Below are positions 9,920-18,569 of a DNA stretch of 64,000 bases, in pieces. The translations under genes were made by a program, and so were the position numbers. The notes beneath the pieces are model-generated. The model saw only the letters and a list, made by a program, of their open reading frames with translations. It was not told the origin of the DNA and searched no databases. Every line of letters begins with the position of its first letter. Position 1 is the stretch's first letter. This stretch comes from Opitutales bacterium (GTDB taxonomy: Bacteria > Verrucomicrobiota > Verrucomicrobiia > Opitutales > JABSRG01), in contig JBMYOQ010000002.1 of assembly GCA_049599475.1 (NCBI GenBank), forward strand, positions 1 through 64,000, written 5' to 3'.

Positions 9920-10034
9920 AGGAGATTTTGAGATGAACTTGGAATATCAATGTCAAGGATTTTGGATACAAGAAAGGTTGTGTAGGAGTGCCGCGATTAC
10001 GCTTTCATCCCTCATCCTTCATCCCTCACCCTTC
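9902..10034. repeat. Inverted pair of (GATGAAG)n / (CTTCATC)n heptamer tracts
   Basis: atgaaggatgagggatgaagga 9902-9923 and ttcatccctcatccttcatccctcacccttc 10004-10034. Confidence 0.8.
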
Positions 10035-10041
10035 TAACCCC

Positions 10042-10821
10042 ATGTCCCCCGTCGAACATATTCCACTGGAGGTGCATGACCTCACCGTCGCTTACCACAA
10101 GAAGCCCGTCTTGTATGGAGTGGACTTGCAAATACCGAAGGGGCAGCTCGTGGGTATTTTAGGCCCAAACGGGGCCGGTAAGTCAACATTGATCAAATCG
10201 ATCATGGGCATGATTCCCGCCAGTGGGGGTTGGATCAAAATCTTTGGGCAGCCGTATAAAAAGGCGATCCGGCGGGTGGGATATGTCCCGCAGCGAGAGT
10301 CGGTGGACTGGGATTTTCCAGTGACGGTGATGGATGTCGTATTGATGGGCCGTTATGGTCGTTTGGGCCTGTTTCAACGTCCTAGCAAAGCTGATCGTGA
10401 ATTGGCTGAGCATTGTCTTGAGAAAGTCAATATGCTGTCTTTCCGGGAGCGTCAGATTGCAAACCTTTCAGGGGGCCAACAACAGCGTGTTTTTCTAGCG
10501 CGAGCCTTAGCGCAAGAGAGTGATTTGTACTTTATGGATGAGCCCTTTACGGGGGTGGATGCAACGACTGAGGCTGCAATTGTTACCATCTTAAAGGAAC
10601 TCAAAGAGGCCGGTAAGACGATTTTAGTGGTTCACCACGATCTTGCGACTGCTCAAGAATATTTCGACATGCTTGTGATGTTGAATATGCGTCTCGTAGC
10701 GTATGGAAAAACTGAGGACGTTTACACCTACGAGATTCTACAAAAGACCTACGGCGGACGCCTCTCGATCCTCTCGCGGATGGCCGCTGAGGATGCCTTA
10801 GATCAGAAACGGATATCTTAG
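10042..10821 (+). CDS. troB: Metal ABC transporter ATPase
   Basis: GPNGAGKST, LSGGQQQR, MDEP, VHHDL; the upstream GTG extension is repeat-derived. Confidence 0.95.
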   Translation: MSPVEHIPLEVHDLTVAYHKKPVLYGVDLQIPKGQLVGILGPNGAGKSTLIKSIMGMIPASGGWIKIFGQPYKKAIRRVGYVPQRESVDWDFPVTVMDVVLMGRYGRLGLFQRPSKADRELAEHCLEKVNMLSFRERQIANLSGGQQQRVFLARALAQESDLYFMDEPFTGVDATTEAAIVTILKELKEAGKTILVVHHDLATAQEYFDMLVMLNMRLVAYGKTEDVYTYEILQKTYGGRLSILSRMAAEDALDQKRIS

Positions 10822-10825
10822 GAAT

Positions 10826-12319
10826 ATGCGGCTTCCTTTTAGACACATAAGTTGTCTGATTATCCTGCTCGGTGCACTACCAGCGGTCTATGCTGCGCGC
10901 ATTGGCAGTGTTCAGGAAACGAGTCTTGGGGAGCAGATTGTACGCTTTTTTTCATTCCGAGATGATAGTGTCGTGATTGTAGTCATGGGGGCGATCGCTC
11001 TCGGGGTCTGTTGTGGTTTGATGGGCTCGTTTGTCGTAGTCAGGAAAATGGCTCTGGTCGGGGATACGTTGTCTCACGCGGTGCTTCCTGGTATCGCAGC
11101 GGGATTCCTTTGGAATCAAACGAAAGATCTCGGGGCTATGGTGATTGGAGCGACTATTTCAGGGGTGTTGGGAATCCTCCTGGTAAACTCGGTCCGCAAG
11201 ACGACTCATATCAAAGAAGACAGTGCTCTGGGGATGGTGCTTGCAGGTTTCTATGCTGTTGGAATCTGTATGATCACCATGATACAGAGGCTGCAGACTG
11301 CTGAGAAGACTGGTCTGAATCATTTTATGTTCGGCCAGGCAGCTGCATTGAGTGAGCAAGATGTTACGCTTATTTCTGCGGTCGCGCTGATTTCTCTACT
11401 GTTCGTGATTTTGTTTTTTAAGGAACTGTTGGCGACGAGTTTTGATTCAGGGTTTTCAACGGCGATTGGAATTCCTTACGCCTTCATAGAGTATGCTCTT
11501 TATCTTTTGTTGACCTTTGCAATCGTCGTCTCGCTGAAAGCCGTGGGTGTTGTATTGGTTTCGGCATTGCTGATTATTCCGCCGGCAACCGCGTATTTGC
11601 TCACGGATAATTTTGCTAAATTACTCGCGATCTCCGTGGCGGTTGGGATTGTGAGCGCAATCGCTGGAGGATTCTTTAGCTTTCTTGGAAATGATTTGCC
11701 GACAGGACCTTTTATGGTGGTGTCGGCTGCGGGAATTTTCGCCATGGCATTCTTTTTCGGGCCCCGATATGGCTGGCTTCCGCGGTTTTTCAAAAGGCAG
11801 AAACGGGCACAAAGGATTCGCGATGAGAATTTGCTGCGATCCATTTATTTGATCCGAGAGCGTTCAGATTTCGAACATCCGCATGTCACCCTAGGTGAGT
11901 TGGCTAATCAAAGGAATGAAGATATCGCAGAGCAGGAGGCTGGGGTGCAGTCGCTGATCAATCGGCGTTTGGCATTTTTTGACCCCGGTGAGCCCAACCG
12001 TGAACGTGTCATGCCTTCGGAACGACAGCTTCTTTTGACTGCGGAGGGCGCTTTGAGATCGTGTCAACTCGTGCGTAATCACCGGCTTTGGGAGCTTTAC
12101 CTCACGCATGTTGCTAATTATGCGACGGACCATGTTCACGATGATGCGGATCGAATCGAACACTTGCTCGGCGAAGACACTGTGCGTGAACTCGAAAAAC
12201 GTCTCAATCACCCTCAACGCGATCCTCATGGAAAACTCATCCCGAGTATGGCTGATATGCAGCAGTTGTATGCTACGCAGGGGGCGGCTGAGGGTTCAAA
12301 CTTTAGGCAAGACTACTGA
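10826..12319 (+). CDS. troC: Metal ABC permease fused to a C-terminal DtxR/TroR-family repressor domain
   Basis: ABC-3 permease (GDTLSHAVLPG), then ENLLRSIY...LTAEG...RNHRLWELYL...VHDDADRIEH...DPHGKLIP. Confidence 0.9.
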   Translation: MRLPFRHISCLIILLGALPAVYAARIGSVQETSLGEQIVRFFSFRDDSVVIVVMGAIALGVCCGLMGSFVVVRKMALVGDTLSHAVLPGIAAGFLWNQTKDLGAMVIGATISGVLGILLVNSVRKTTHIKEDSALGMVLAGFYAVGICMITMIQRLQTAEKTGLNHFMFGQAAALSEQDVTLISAVALISLLFVILFFKELLATSFDSGFSTAIGIPYAFIEYALYLLLTFAIVVSLKAVGVVLVSALLIIPPATAYLLTDNFAKLLAISVAVGIVSAIAGGFFSFLGNDLPTGPFMVVSAAGIFAMAFFFGPRYGWLPRFFKRQKRAQRIRDENLLRSIYLIRERSDFEHPHVTLGELANQRNEDIAEQEAGVQSLINRRLAFFDPGEPNRERVMPSERQLLLTAEGALRSCQLVRNHRLWELYLTHVANYATDHVHDDADRIEHLLGEDTVRELEKRLNHPQRDPHGKLIPSMADMQQLYATQGAAEGSNFRQDY

Positions 12320-13293
12320 TGGAAGGATTGATTCCAGAATTTTCGATAGAATCGGTTTTCCTCTACCCTTGGCGTGAAGGTTTCGACGAATTCCTTTGGA
12401 TATGGGTTATGGGGTTCTTGGTCTCTCTCAGTTGTGGGATTGTTGGAAACTTTATTATTTTACGACGGATGGCCTTGGTGGGAGATGCTATCAGTCATTC
12501 GGTGTTGCCAGGGCTTGTGGTTGCTTTTCTGATCACCGGTAGTCTTGAGGGGCCGGTAATGATCGTAGGTGCTGCGGTGGCGGGAGTGCTTACCACACTG
12601 CTCATTGAAATAATTCACCAAAATTCCCGTATAAAATCAGATGCGGCTTTGGGAATTGTGTTCTCCACATTGTTCGCGATTGGAGTAATTTTGATTACCT
12701 TGTTTGCCGGCGACGTTCATTTGGATGTAGAGCATGTTCTCTATGGAGCGATTGAGTTTATTGCCTGGCAGGATGCCTGGAAGCTCGGGGAAATGTATGT
12801 GCCTTACCCTGTTATACAAATTTTTGTAGTTTGCCTTGTAGTGGTTTTGCTGGTGGTTGCGTTTTACAAAGAATTGGTCGCGACATCTTTTGACCCTGTA
12901 ATGGCTGCTTCGCTGGGTATGCCTGTGAGGGCGATACACTACACCTTGATGGCTTTGTTGGCAGTCGTGGTTGTTAGTGCCTTCTCTGCTGTCGGTGCAA
13001 TCTTGGTCATTGCGATGCTGATTTTGCCGGGAATTACCGCTGCTCTGTATTCTGACCGCATGTTGGTTTTACTGTTTTCGAGCATGCCATTATCTGCTGC
13101 GTATGCGATCGGTGGGATGCATGTGTCGCTTTGGTTGGGCTGTAGTATTGCGGGAGCGATGGTGGTGGTAGCCTTTGGAATTTTCTTAATCTCTTGGGTT
13201 CTGAGTCCGCATCGAGGGCTGATCGCTCGATTCTTGAGACGAAAAAATATTAGGCATCTCTCTGCTGAAGAGCTGGAGTCGGCAGCCGGGTAG
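12319..13293 (+). CDS. troD: Metal ABC permease
   Basis: GDAISHSVLPG, SFDP, multiple TM helices. Confidence 0.92.
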   Translation: MEGLIPEFSIESVFLYPWREGFDEFLWIWVMGFLVSLSCGIVGNFIILRRMALVGDAISHSVLPGLVVAFLITGSLEGPVMIVGAAVAGVLTTLLIEIIHQNSRIKSDAALGIVFSTLFAIGVILITLFAGDVHLDVEHVLYGAIEFIAWQDAWKLGEMYVPYPVIQIFVVCLVVVLLVVAFYKELVATSFDPVMAASLGMPVRAIHYTLMALLAVVVVSAFSAVGAILVIAMLILPGITAALYSDRMLVLLFSSMPLSAAYAIGGMHVSLWLGCSIAGAMVVVAFGIFLISWVLSPHRGLIARFLRRKNIRHLSAEELESAAG

Positions 13294-13297
13294 GCAC

Positions 13298-13332
13298 AAA
13301 AAAAGAGTCAGCCCCATAGGGGGACTGACTCT
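13298..13332 (-). terminator. Intrinsic terminator of the feo operon
   Basis: A7-gagtcagcccc-ata-gggggactgactct hairpin between convergent operons. Confidence 0.75.
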
Positions 13333-13360
13333 CGGAAATGTTTTAAAAATCTTCTGGCTC

Positions 13361-13540
13361 TTAGGCGTTTGCCGCTTGGCCTGGTTTTGCCTTTTCGAGC
13401 TTAGCTTTGCAAGAGTCGCAGCCGCTGCTTTTGCATTTGGAAGCTGAGAAGACGCTGTAGGTGTAGTAGACTAGATAGGCTACCGCAGAGGCTACGGTGA
13501 GCCCCGTGATCACGAGTTCGATAGTCTTGGGTGTGTCCAT
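13361..13540 (-). CDS. FeoB-associated Cys-rich small membrane protein (59 aa, absent from the ORF track)
   Basis: Manual translation MDTPKTIELVITGLTVASAVAYLVYYTYSVFSASKCKSSGCDSCKAKLEKAKPGQAANA*: TM helix plus CxxxGCxxC. Confidence 0.85.
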   Translation of the reverse strand: MDTPKTIELVITGLTVASAVAYLVYYTYSVFSASKCKSSGCDSCKAKLEKAKPGQAANA

Positions 13541-13595
13541 TGTAAAAGGTCGTTTGATGAAACGGTGAGATTGGGTCCAACAATCTCTATATTGC

Positions 13596-15800
13596 CTAAA
13601 TAATTAACGAGCCGAGTTGATATGTCAAAATCGAAGCGAACCACGCGAGAGCGGTCATGTAGACAAAAGAGAAAATGGCGTAGCGCCAGCCTACCTCTTT
13701 GGCGATTGTGGCGACGGTGGCTCCGCATTGCTGGCAGAGAGCGAAAAAGACCATAATTGAAAATACTGCAGGGATCGTGAAAAGCGGATCGCCCTTTTTC
13801 TCTCCAGATTGCCAGACGGCTCCGTCGAGGACATCTCGAAGTTGGCCAGATTCTTCGTCAACATCACCCCCGAGACGAAAAATGATGCCCATGGTGGCAA
13901 TGATGACTTCCCGCGCGGGAAAACTCGAAAGCACGCCGACCGTGATGCGCCAGTCGAAACCGGCTGGACCAAATATTGGCTGCAACAGCTTGCCTGAGCG
14001 ACCCATGATGCTTTGCTCCATGTAGGCTGCCGCGATCACATGGTCTAATTCAGTAAGAGTCGCCTCATCTCCCATTTCGATTTTCTGCTCAATCGCTAAT
14101 GGGCTCACTGCTTGGATGTTGGCTTGTTCCGCTATGAAATTTTGCTGGGCTTCGATTGCGACTTCGGGAGGGCGCGGGAAATAGAGTAGGGCCCAGATAA
14201 TAATTGTAATCGCAAAAATAACGGTGCCTGCTTTGGAAATAAATTCTGACCCGGCCTCATAGACCCGCCAAACCGTGTTCCGGAGATTGGGGCGATGGTA
14301 GGGGGGGAGCTCTAGGACGAATGGCGCGGGACGGGTTTTTATAACGAAGCGCGTAAGTAGCCAAGAGATGGGAATTGCGAATACCAATCCCACGAAATGC
14401 ATGAGGAAGAGGGCGAGCCCTGCTACGACGGGTCCGTAAATGGGCTCTACAAATGCGCCAATCAGGAGAATGTAGACGGGAAGCCGAGCCGAGCAGCTCA
14501 TGAGGGGTGCGACCAGGATTGTGACGAGACGTGACTTTGGGTCTTCGATTGTGCGTGTGGCCATGATGCCGGGGATGGCGCACGCATAGCTCGAGAGCAT
14601 GGGCACGAAACTCTTTCCGCTCAGGCCGCACCAGCTGAAAAGCTTGTCCATCAGAAAGGCGGCTCGGGCCATATATCCTGTCTCCTCAAGAAGGGATATG
14701 AAGAAAAACAGGATGAGGATTTGTGGGAGAAAGACTAAGAAGGCTCCGACCCCTTCGATCATGCCATCGACTACGAGGCTCTGAAGCATTGAGTATTCTT
14801 CGAGCCAGGTGCCAGCGTGTCCTTGTACCCAAATCTTTCCAGCCTCGATCCAGTCCATGAATGGGCCCGAACACGTATACACGGATTGAAATACGATATA
14901 CATCATGCCCAGGAAGAGAATACCTCCCCATAGGCGGTGAATCAGAAGGTTGTCCAATTTTTGAGAAAACGAGTCCGGTTGATCTACCTTGGTGATCAAA
15001 CCATCCAGCACCGAATCAATGTGTTGATAGCGCAGGTAGGTCTCTGTAGCTAAAGGCTGGAAGCGAGCTTTTCTTATAGATGCGAAGGCTTCGTTGCGAT
15101 GCTCGTCGATCTGCTCTTCTTCAATGGCCACGAGGGCGCGAAGTGCAGATTCTTGGTCGAACAGGATACGAGTCGCCTCGGGACGTGTGAGCGACTGCGT
15201 ATTCAGCTTTTCAGAAAAAGTATCTATGGCGGCGGTGATCGGCTCGGGCCATTCCATCGCGATAGGTTTAGATGGATGGCTTAATGCCTGGGCGAGAGCC
15301 TCCTTTACCTTGTCGAGCCCTTCTCCTTGGTGACTGCTGGTCGGTATGACTGGGACGCCTAGGCGTTTTGAAAGGTTTTCCGCGTCGATGGTGATCCCTT
15401 TCTTCCGGGCTTGGTCGGAGAAATTTAGGGCGACGACCATCGGGAGTCCTAGCTCCGCTGCTTGGTTGGCCAGATAGAGGGTGCGGCGTAAGTTGGTGGC
15501 ATCGACTACGCAGAGGATCAGGTCTGGGATTCCGAGTTCATCGAATCGCCCTGAGAGGGCATCGACGACGACCCGTTCATCGGGGGAGACTGCGGCCAAG
15601 CTGTAGGTGCCGGGTAGGTCCCAGATCTCCATTTGACCTGATTCGCTTTTGAGGGTGCCGACCTTCTTTTCAACGGTGACGCCTGGATAATTCCCCACGC
15701 GCTGCTTCATGCCGGTGAGGCGATTGAAGAGGGAGGTTTTCCCGGTGTTGGGATTTCCTATGAGCGCGATGGTGCCCGTCGAGTGGTGGGAGGAAGCCAT
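13596..15800 (-). CDS. feoB: Ferrous iron transporter B
   Basis: GNPNTGKT, NYPGVTV, DLPGTYSL, MSCSARLP. Confidence 0.97.
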   Translation of the reverse strand: MASSHHSTGTIALIGNPNTGKTSLFNRLTGMKQRVGNYPGVTVEKKVGTLKSESGQMEIWDLPGTYSLAAVSPDERVVVDALSGRFDELGIPDLILCVVDATNLRRTLYLANQAAELGLPMVVALNFSDQARKKGITIDAENLSKRLGVPVIPTSSHQGEGLDKVKEALAQALSHPSKPIAMEWPEPITAAIDTFSEKLNTQSLTRPEATRILFDQESALRALVAIEEEQIDEHRNEAFASIRKARFQPLATETYLRYQHIDSVLDGLITKVDQPDSFSQKLDNLLIHRLWGGILFLGMMYIVFQSVYTCSGPFMDWIEAGKIWVQGHAGTWLEEYSMLQSLVVDGMIEGVGAFLVFLPQILILFFFISLLEETGYMARAAFLMDKLFSWCGLSGKSFVPMLSSYACAIPGIMATRTIEDPKSRLVTILVAPLMSCSARLPVYILLIGAFVEPIYGPVVAGLALFLMHFVGLVFAIPISWLLTRFVIKTRPAPFVLELPPYHRPNLRNTVWRVYEAGSEFISKAGTVIFAITIIIWALLYFPRPPEVAIEAQQNFIAEQANIQAVSPLAIEQKIEMGDEATLTELDHVIAAAYMEQSIMGRSGKLLQPIFGPAGFDWRITVGVLSSFPAREVIIATMGIIFRLGGDVDEESGQLRDVLDGAVWQSGEKKGDPLFTIPAVFSIMVFFALCQQCGATVATIAKEVGWRYAIFSFVYMTALAWFASILTYQLGSLII

Positions 15801-15832
15801 GGCTGGGCAGAATTCGCTAGCTGAATATCAGC

Positions 15833-16084
15833 TCAATATGCGGGCAAGAGCTCTACAGACACGTGAGCAGCTTCTTGTCTGCGCAGACTGAGGGAGCGTC
15901 CTGCGAATTCCACAGCGATCGGGTCTCCCAATGGAGCAATATGAGTCAAAACGACCTCGATATTCGGAAGGAGCCCCATCTGCATAAGGCGCTGACAGAG
16001 AGCGGTTTCGGAATTTACTTCCTTCACGCGGGCTTTGGCTCCCACGCTCAAGGTATCAAGCGTCTTGTTCATAGCAGTGCTCAT
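15833..16084 (-). CDS. feoA: Ferrous iron transport protein A
   Basis: RLMQMGL, APLGDPI, LSLRRQEA. Confidence 0.95.
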   Translation of the reverse strand: MSTAMNKTLDTLSVGAKARVKEVNSETALCQRLMQMGLLPNIEVVLTHIAPLGDPIAVEFAGRSLSLRRQEAAHVSVELLPAY

Positions 16085-16107
16085 CTTAGCAATATGCTAA
16101 GGATTCA

Positions 16108-16128
16108 TATTGATATAGAGTCTCAATA
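16108..16128. promoter_or_regulatory. Fur-like box upstream of feoA
   Basis: TATTGATATAGAGTCTCAATA dyad resembling the TGA(G/T)AAT-N-ATT(C/A)TCA 7-1-7 motif. Confidence 0.55.
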
Positions 16129-16166
16129 CAAATCTAAATTTTAACAAATGCTTATAATAGATGGGC

Positions 16167-16556
16167 CTAGGCGCGGGCTTGAGCCCAATCGCTCGTCGTA
16201 TTCCCGAATGGTAGGAGGCTTAGGGATACGAGCTTGAGGTGTTGCTTGGCAAAGGGAAGGCCTATGATGGTGATCGCAAATAGGGCACTCAGAAGCAGGT
16301 GGATGAGGGCAATTTCGATTCCGAGAATCAGGATCCAAAGAACATTCATGAGGATCGAAAGGGCTCCCATGGGGGCTTTGACCGGATGGACTTCGCGTCC
16401 GAAGGGGAGTAGGGAAAGGATAGAAAGCTTCATGCACTGAATCCCGAAGGGGATCCCGATGATCGTGAGGCATAGAAGAAGTCCTCCGAGCAGATAGAGT
16501 GCTGAGATGATTGCGCCTCCGAGAATGATCCAAAGTGCGTTTCCGAATGTTGACAT
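16167..16556 (-). CDS. yccF: YccF-domain inner membrane protein
   Basis: Duplicated GNALW...TIIGIPFG...LLPFG repeats; start at MSTFGN. Confidence 0.9.
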   Translation of the reverse strand: MSTFGNALWIILGGAIISALYLLGGLLLCLTIIGIPFGIQCMKLSILSLLPFGREVHPVKAPMGALSILMNVLWILILGIEIALIHLLLSALFAITIIGLPFAKQHLKLVSLSLLPFGNTTSDWAQARA

Positions 16557-16615
16557 GAGGTGTCGAGTGGAGCGTTGAAAAATGAGAATGGGCATGCGTC
16601 TCGTACGCAAAATGG

Positions 16616-16643
16616 CTTCAGGCCTTTTTTACCTGAAGCTTTT
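16616..16643. terminator. Hairpin, possible terminator downstream of the psp operon
   Basis: gcttcagg/cctgaagc stem. Confidence 0.4.
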
Positions 16644-16716
16644 GATGAGTCATGAATAAGAAATCGATGGCTTTTGCATGATTTGCAGGGACTCCATTGA
16701 AACGTATGCCTGGGCC

Positions 16717-17061
16717 CTAGATGGGCTCTTCGGCGTTTGATTCTGAATTTAAGTTAGTTGAGTCTAAGTAGATATTTATATTGATCACGATCGGCGCGAC
16801 CTCGGCGGTCTCTTCCAGGCTAATACTTTGGCCTGCGATCTCGAGTCCCGTATCGCTCTGCTCAAGCATGTAAACGGGGATGAGTTGGGTTTCTGTTAGC
16901 TCATTAGAGAGTGCGTTTGAGATCGCATATTCACTGTGGAGCGCGGGTTGTTCGTTGTGTGTGTATCTACTTTCTGAGGCGTTTATGAGAGAGGCCGTAA
17001 TTAGGCCGGTGGCCACCAATGCGGTTGTTAAGATAGCCGATCTTTTTGTGATTTTAACCAT
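16717..17061 (-). CDS. Hypothetical exported protein, last gene of the psp operon
   Basis: Signal-peptide-like N-terminus, acidic body, 30 nt after pspC. Confidence 0.7.
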   Translation of the reverse strand: MVKITKRSAILTTALVATGLITASLINASESRYTHNEQPALHSEYAISNALSNELTETQLIPVYMLEQSDTGLEIAGQSISLEETAEVAPIVININIYLDSTNLNSESNAEEPI

Positions 17062-17091
17062 ATATTTGAGAGGCGGGTTTTAGTTTGAGAG

Positions 17092-17433
17092 TTATTTGTC
17101 GTGGAAGCGCCTGTCCCAATCGGTTTCGCGATTGACGACTGCGTCTTCTACGCGGCGGGTGCGGCGTTCCAGGGAATCGAGAGTCTGGCTGACGCTGCGG
17201 TATTCTGAATTTTCCGGTTTCCAGCTTTGTTGTTCGGGGGCTTTAGATATTATAAAAGCCAATACAATGTAGAGAAAAACGGGGAGCGGGAATGTGAAGA
17301 CTGTGAATATGACCATCGCGAAGCGTACCCAAAATACTGGGACATCGCGCCACTCTGCTAGGCCTTTACAGAGGCCTAGGAAAATGCCACCTTCCGAGCG
17401 GTACCAGCTAGATGGGCGATCTTGATCAGTCAT
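17092..17433 (-). CDS. pspC: Phage shock protein C
   Basis: YRS...FLGLCKGLAEW...WVR, TM helix, C-terminal coiled coil. Confidence 0.88.
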   Translation of the reverse strand: MTDQDRPSSWYRSEGGIFLGLCKGLAEWRDVPVFWVRFAMVIFTVFTFPLPVFLYIVLAFIISKAPEQQSWKPENSEYRSVSQTLDSLERRTRRVEDAVVNRETDWDRRFHDK

Positions 17434-17677
17434 GTGAAGATTTGGATTTAGGGTTGCGTTCATTTTCTATGATAATGGTTTCCAGGGCTTCGATTCGGGA
17501 GCTAAGTCTGTGGCAGCGATCCGCGAGTTGTTGAAGCTCTTCTGGATTGTCTTTTCCTCCCTTTTTCTTCTTGCCCTTGGATTCTTCTTTCTCCCCTACA
17601 AACATGGATGCGAGGATGATTATCGTCAGCGCTACAATGGCTATAACGATGATTACGAATACGTATTGAGATGGCAT
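17426..17677 (-). CDS. pspB: Phage shock protein B-like
   Basis: N-terminal TM plus LSSRIEALETII; lies between pspA and pspC. Confidence 0.8.
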   Translation of the reverse strand: MPSQYVFVIIVIAIVALTIIILASMFVGEKEESKGKKKKGGKDNPEELQQLADRCHRLSSRIEALETIIIENERNPKSKSSHD

Positions 17678-17714
17678 GATTTAAAAGGAGTCGCGAGTGC
17701 AGCAAAGAGTCTAC

Positions 17715-18371
17715 CTACTTCTTGTTGTTATTCAGCAAGTCTTCTAATTCCTTCTCGAGATCATCATCTGTCTCAATTTTGCGGAATGCATCATCGAGGT
17801 TCGCTTTGCCTGTGTTGACGAGATCGGCATCTGCCTCCATGCGGTCAATCTTGGACTCGAGGTCGTCGAATTTAGCCATGGACTCGGCATTATTGTAAGT
17901 GCGGATCCCGCTTTGTGCTTGTTTGCGCTGGTTTGCTTGGCGGTGACGCTGAACGAGCACCGCGTGCTTCTTGCGCGCTTGATCGATCTTGGATTCGAGT
18001 TCGTGAATATCGCTCTTGTATTGGGCGATGATTCCTTCGAGCTCTGCTTGTTCGGCTTCCAGATCTGAGACGCGTTTGCCCGCATTGCGTTTTTCGATTA
18101 AGGCTTCACGAGCAAGATCGGAACGGCCTTTTTCTGCTGCGAGTTGAGCGCGGCTCTGCCAGCGGTCACGAAGAGATTCGGCTTCTTGAAGCACGCGAGC
18201 GTTTTTGGTTTGGGTAGCAATAACGCCGGCACATGAAGATTTAAGCTCAACCAAGGTGTCTTCCATTTCGCGGACCATGAGCTTTAGAAGCTTTTCTGGG
18301 TCCTCTGCTTTATCTAGCATGGAATTGATGTTGGATGAAACGATGTCGCGGAAGCGTGAGAAGATGCTCAT
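17715..18371 (-). CDS. pspA: Phage shock protein A
   Basis: MSIFSRFRDIVSSNINSMLDKAEDPEK, DLAREALIEK. Confidence 0.97.
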   Translation of the reverse strand: MSIFSRFRDIVSSNINSMLDKAEDPEKLLKLMVREMEDTLVELKSSCAGVIATQTKNARVLQEAESLRDRWQSRAQLAAEKGRSDLAREALIEKRNAGKRVSDLEAEQAELEGIIAQYKSDIHELESKIDQARKKHAVLVQRHRQANQRKQAQSGIRTYNNAESMAKFDDLESKIDRMEADADLVNTGKANLDDAFRKIETDDDLEKELEDLLNNNKK

Positions 18372-18430
18372 AGTTTTGGTGGGTTTTCTGATTGTTGATT
18401 AAAAGTGTTTCGTTGTTTGCCTCTTATTAA

Positions 18431-18446
18431 ACATCACTCATGCCAA
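18431..18446 (-). promoter_or_regulatory. Sigma-54 -24/-12 promoter of pspA
   Basis: TTGGCATGAGTGATGT (GG-N10-GT) on the minus strand; IHF-like AAACAACAACTTA just upstream. Confidence 0.7.
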
Positions 18447-18550
18447 TTTATTTTTAAGATTTGTAAGTTGTTGTTTGTGAGCTGTTTGAGAAATTAGAAA
18501 ATCGTAAGATTTATTCCTTCTTGAGTTCTTGCAAAATTTATCCGTTTGTT

Positions 18551-18567
18551 TTGGTAAAATAAACCAA
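18551..18567. promoter_or_regulatory. Candidate PspF enhancer (UAS)
   Basis: TTGGT-N7-ACCAA dyad about 105 bp upstream of the sigma-54 site, abutting the pspF ATG. Confidence 0.5.
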
Positions 18568-18569
18568 AT

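Noticed and set aside
9988..10041. N-terminal extension of TroB (FHPSSFIPHPS)
   Set aside because: Translation of the heptamer repeat; ATG 10042 is the more likely start
13401..13583. 60-aa ORF in the track downstream of feoB
   Set aside because: Wrong frame; the convincing protein is 13361-13540
16085..16101. CIRCE element
   Set aside because: Only TTAGCA/TGCTAA with a 3-bp spacer, not TTAGCACTC-N9-GAGTGCTAA; no chaperone gene
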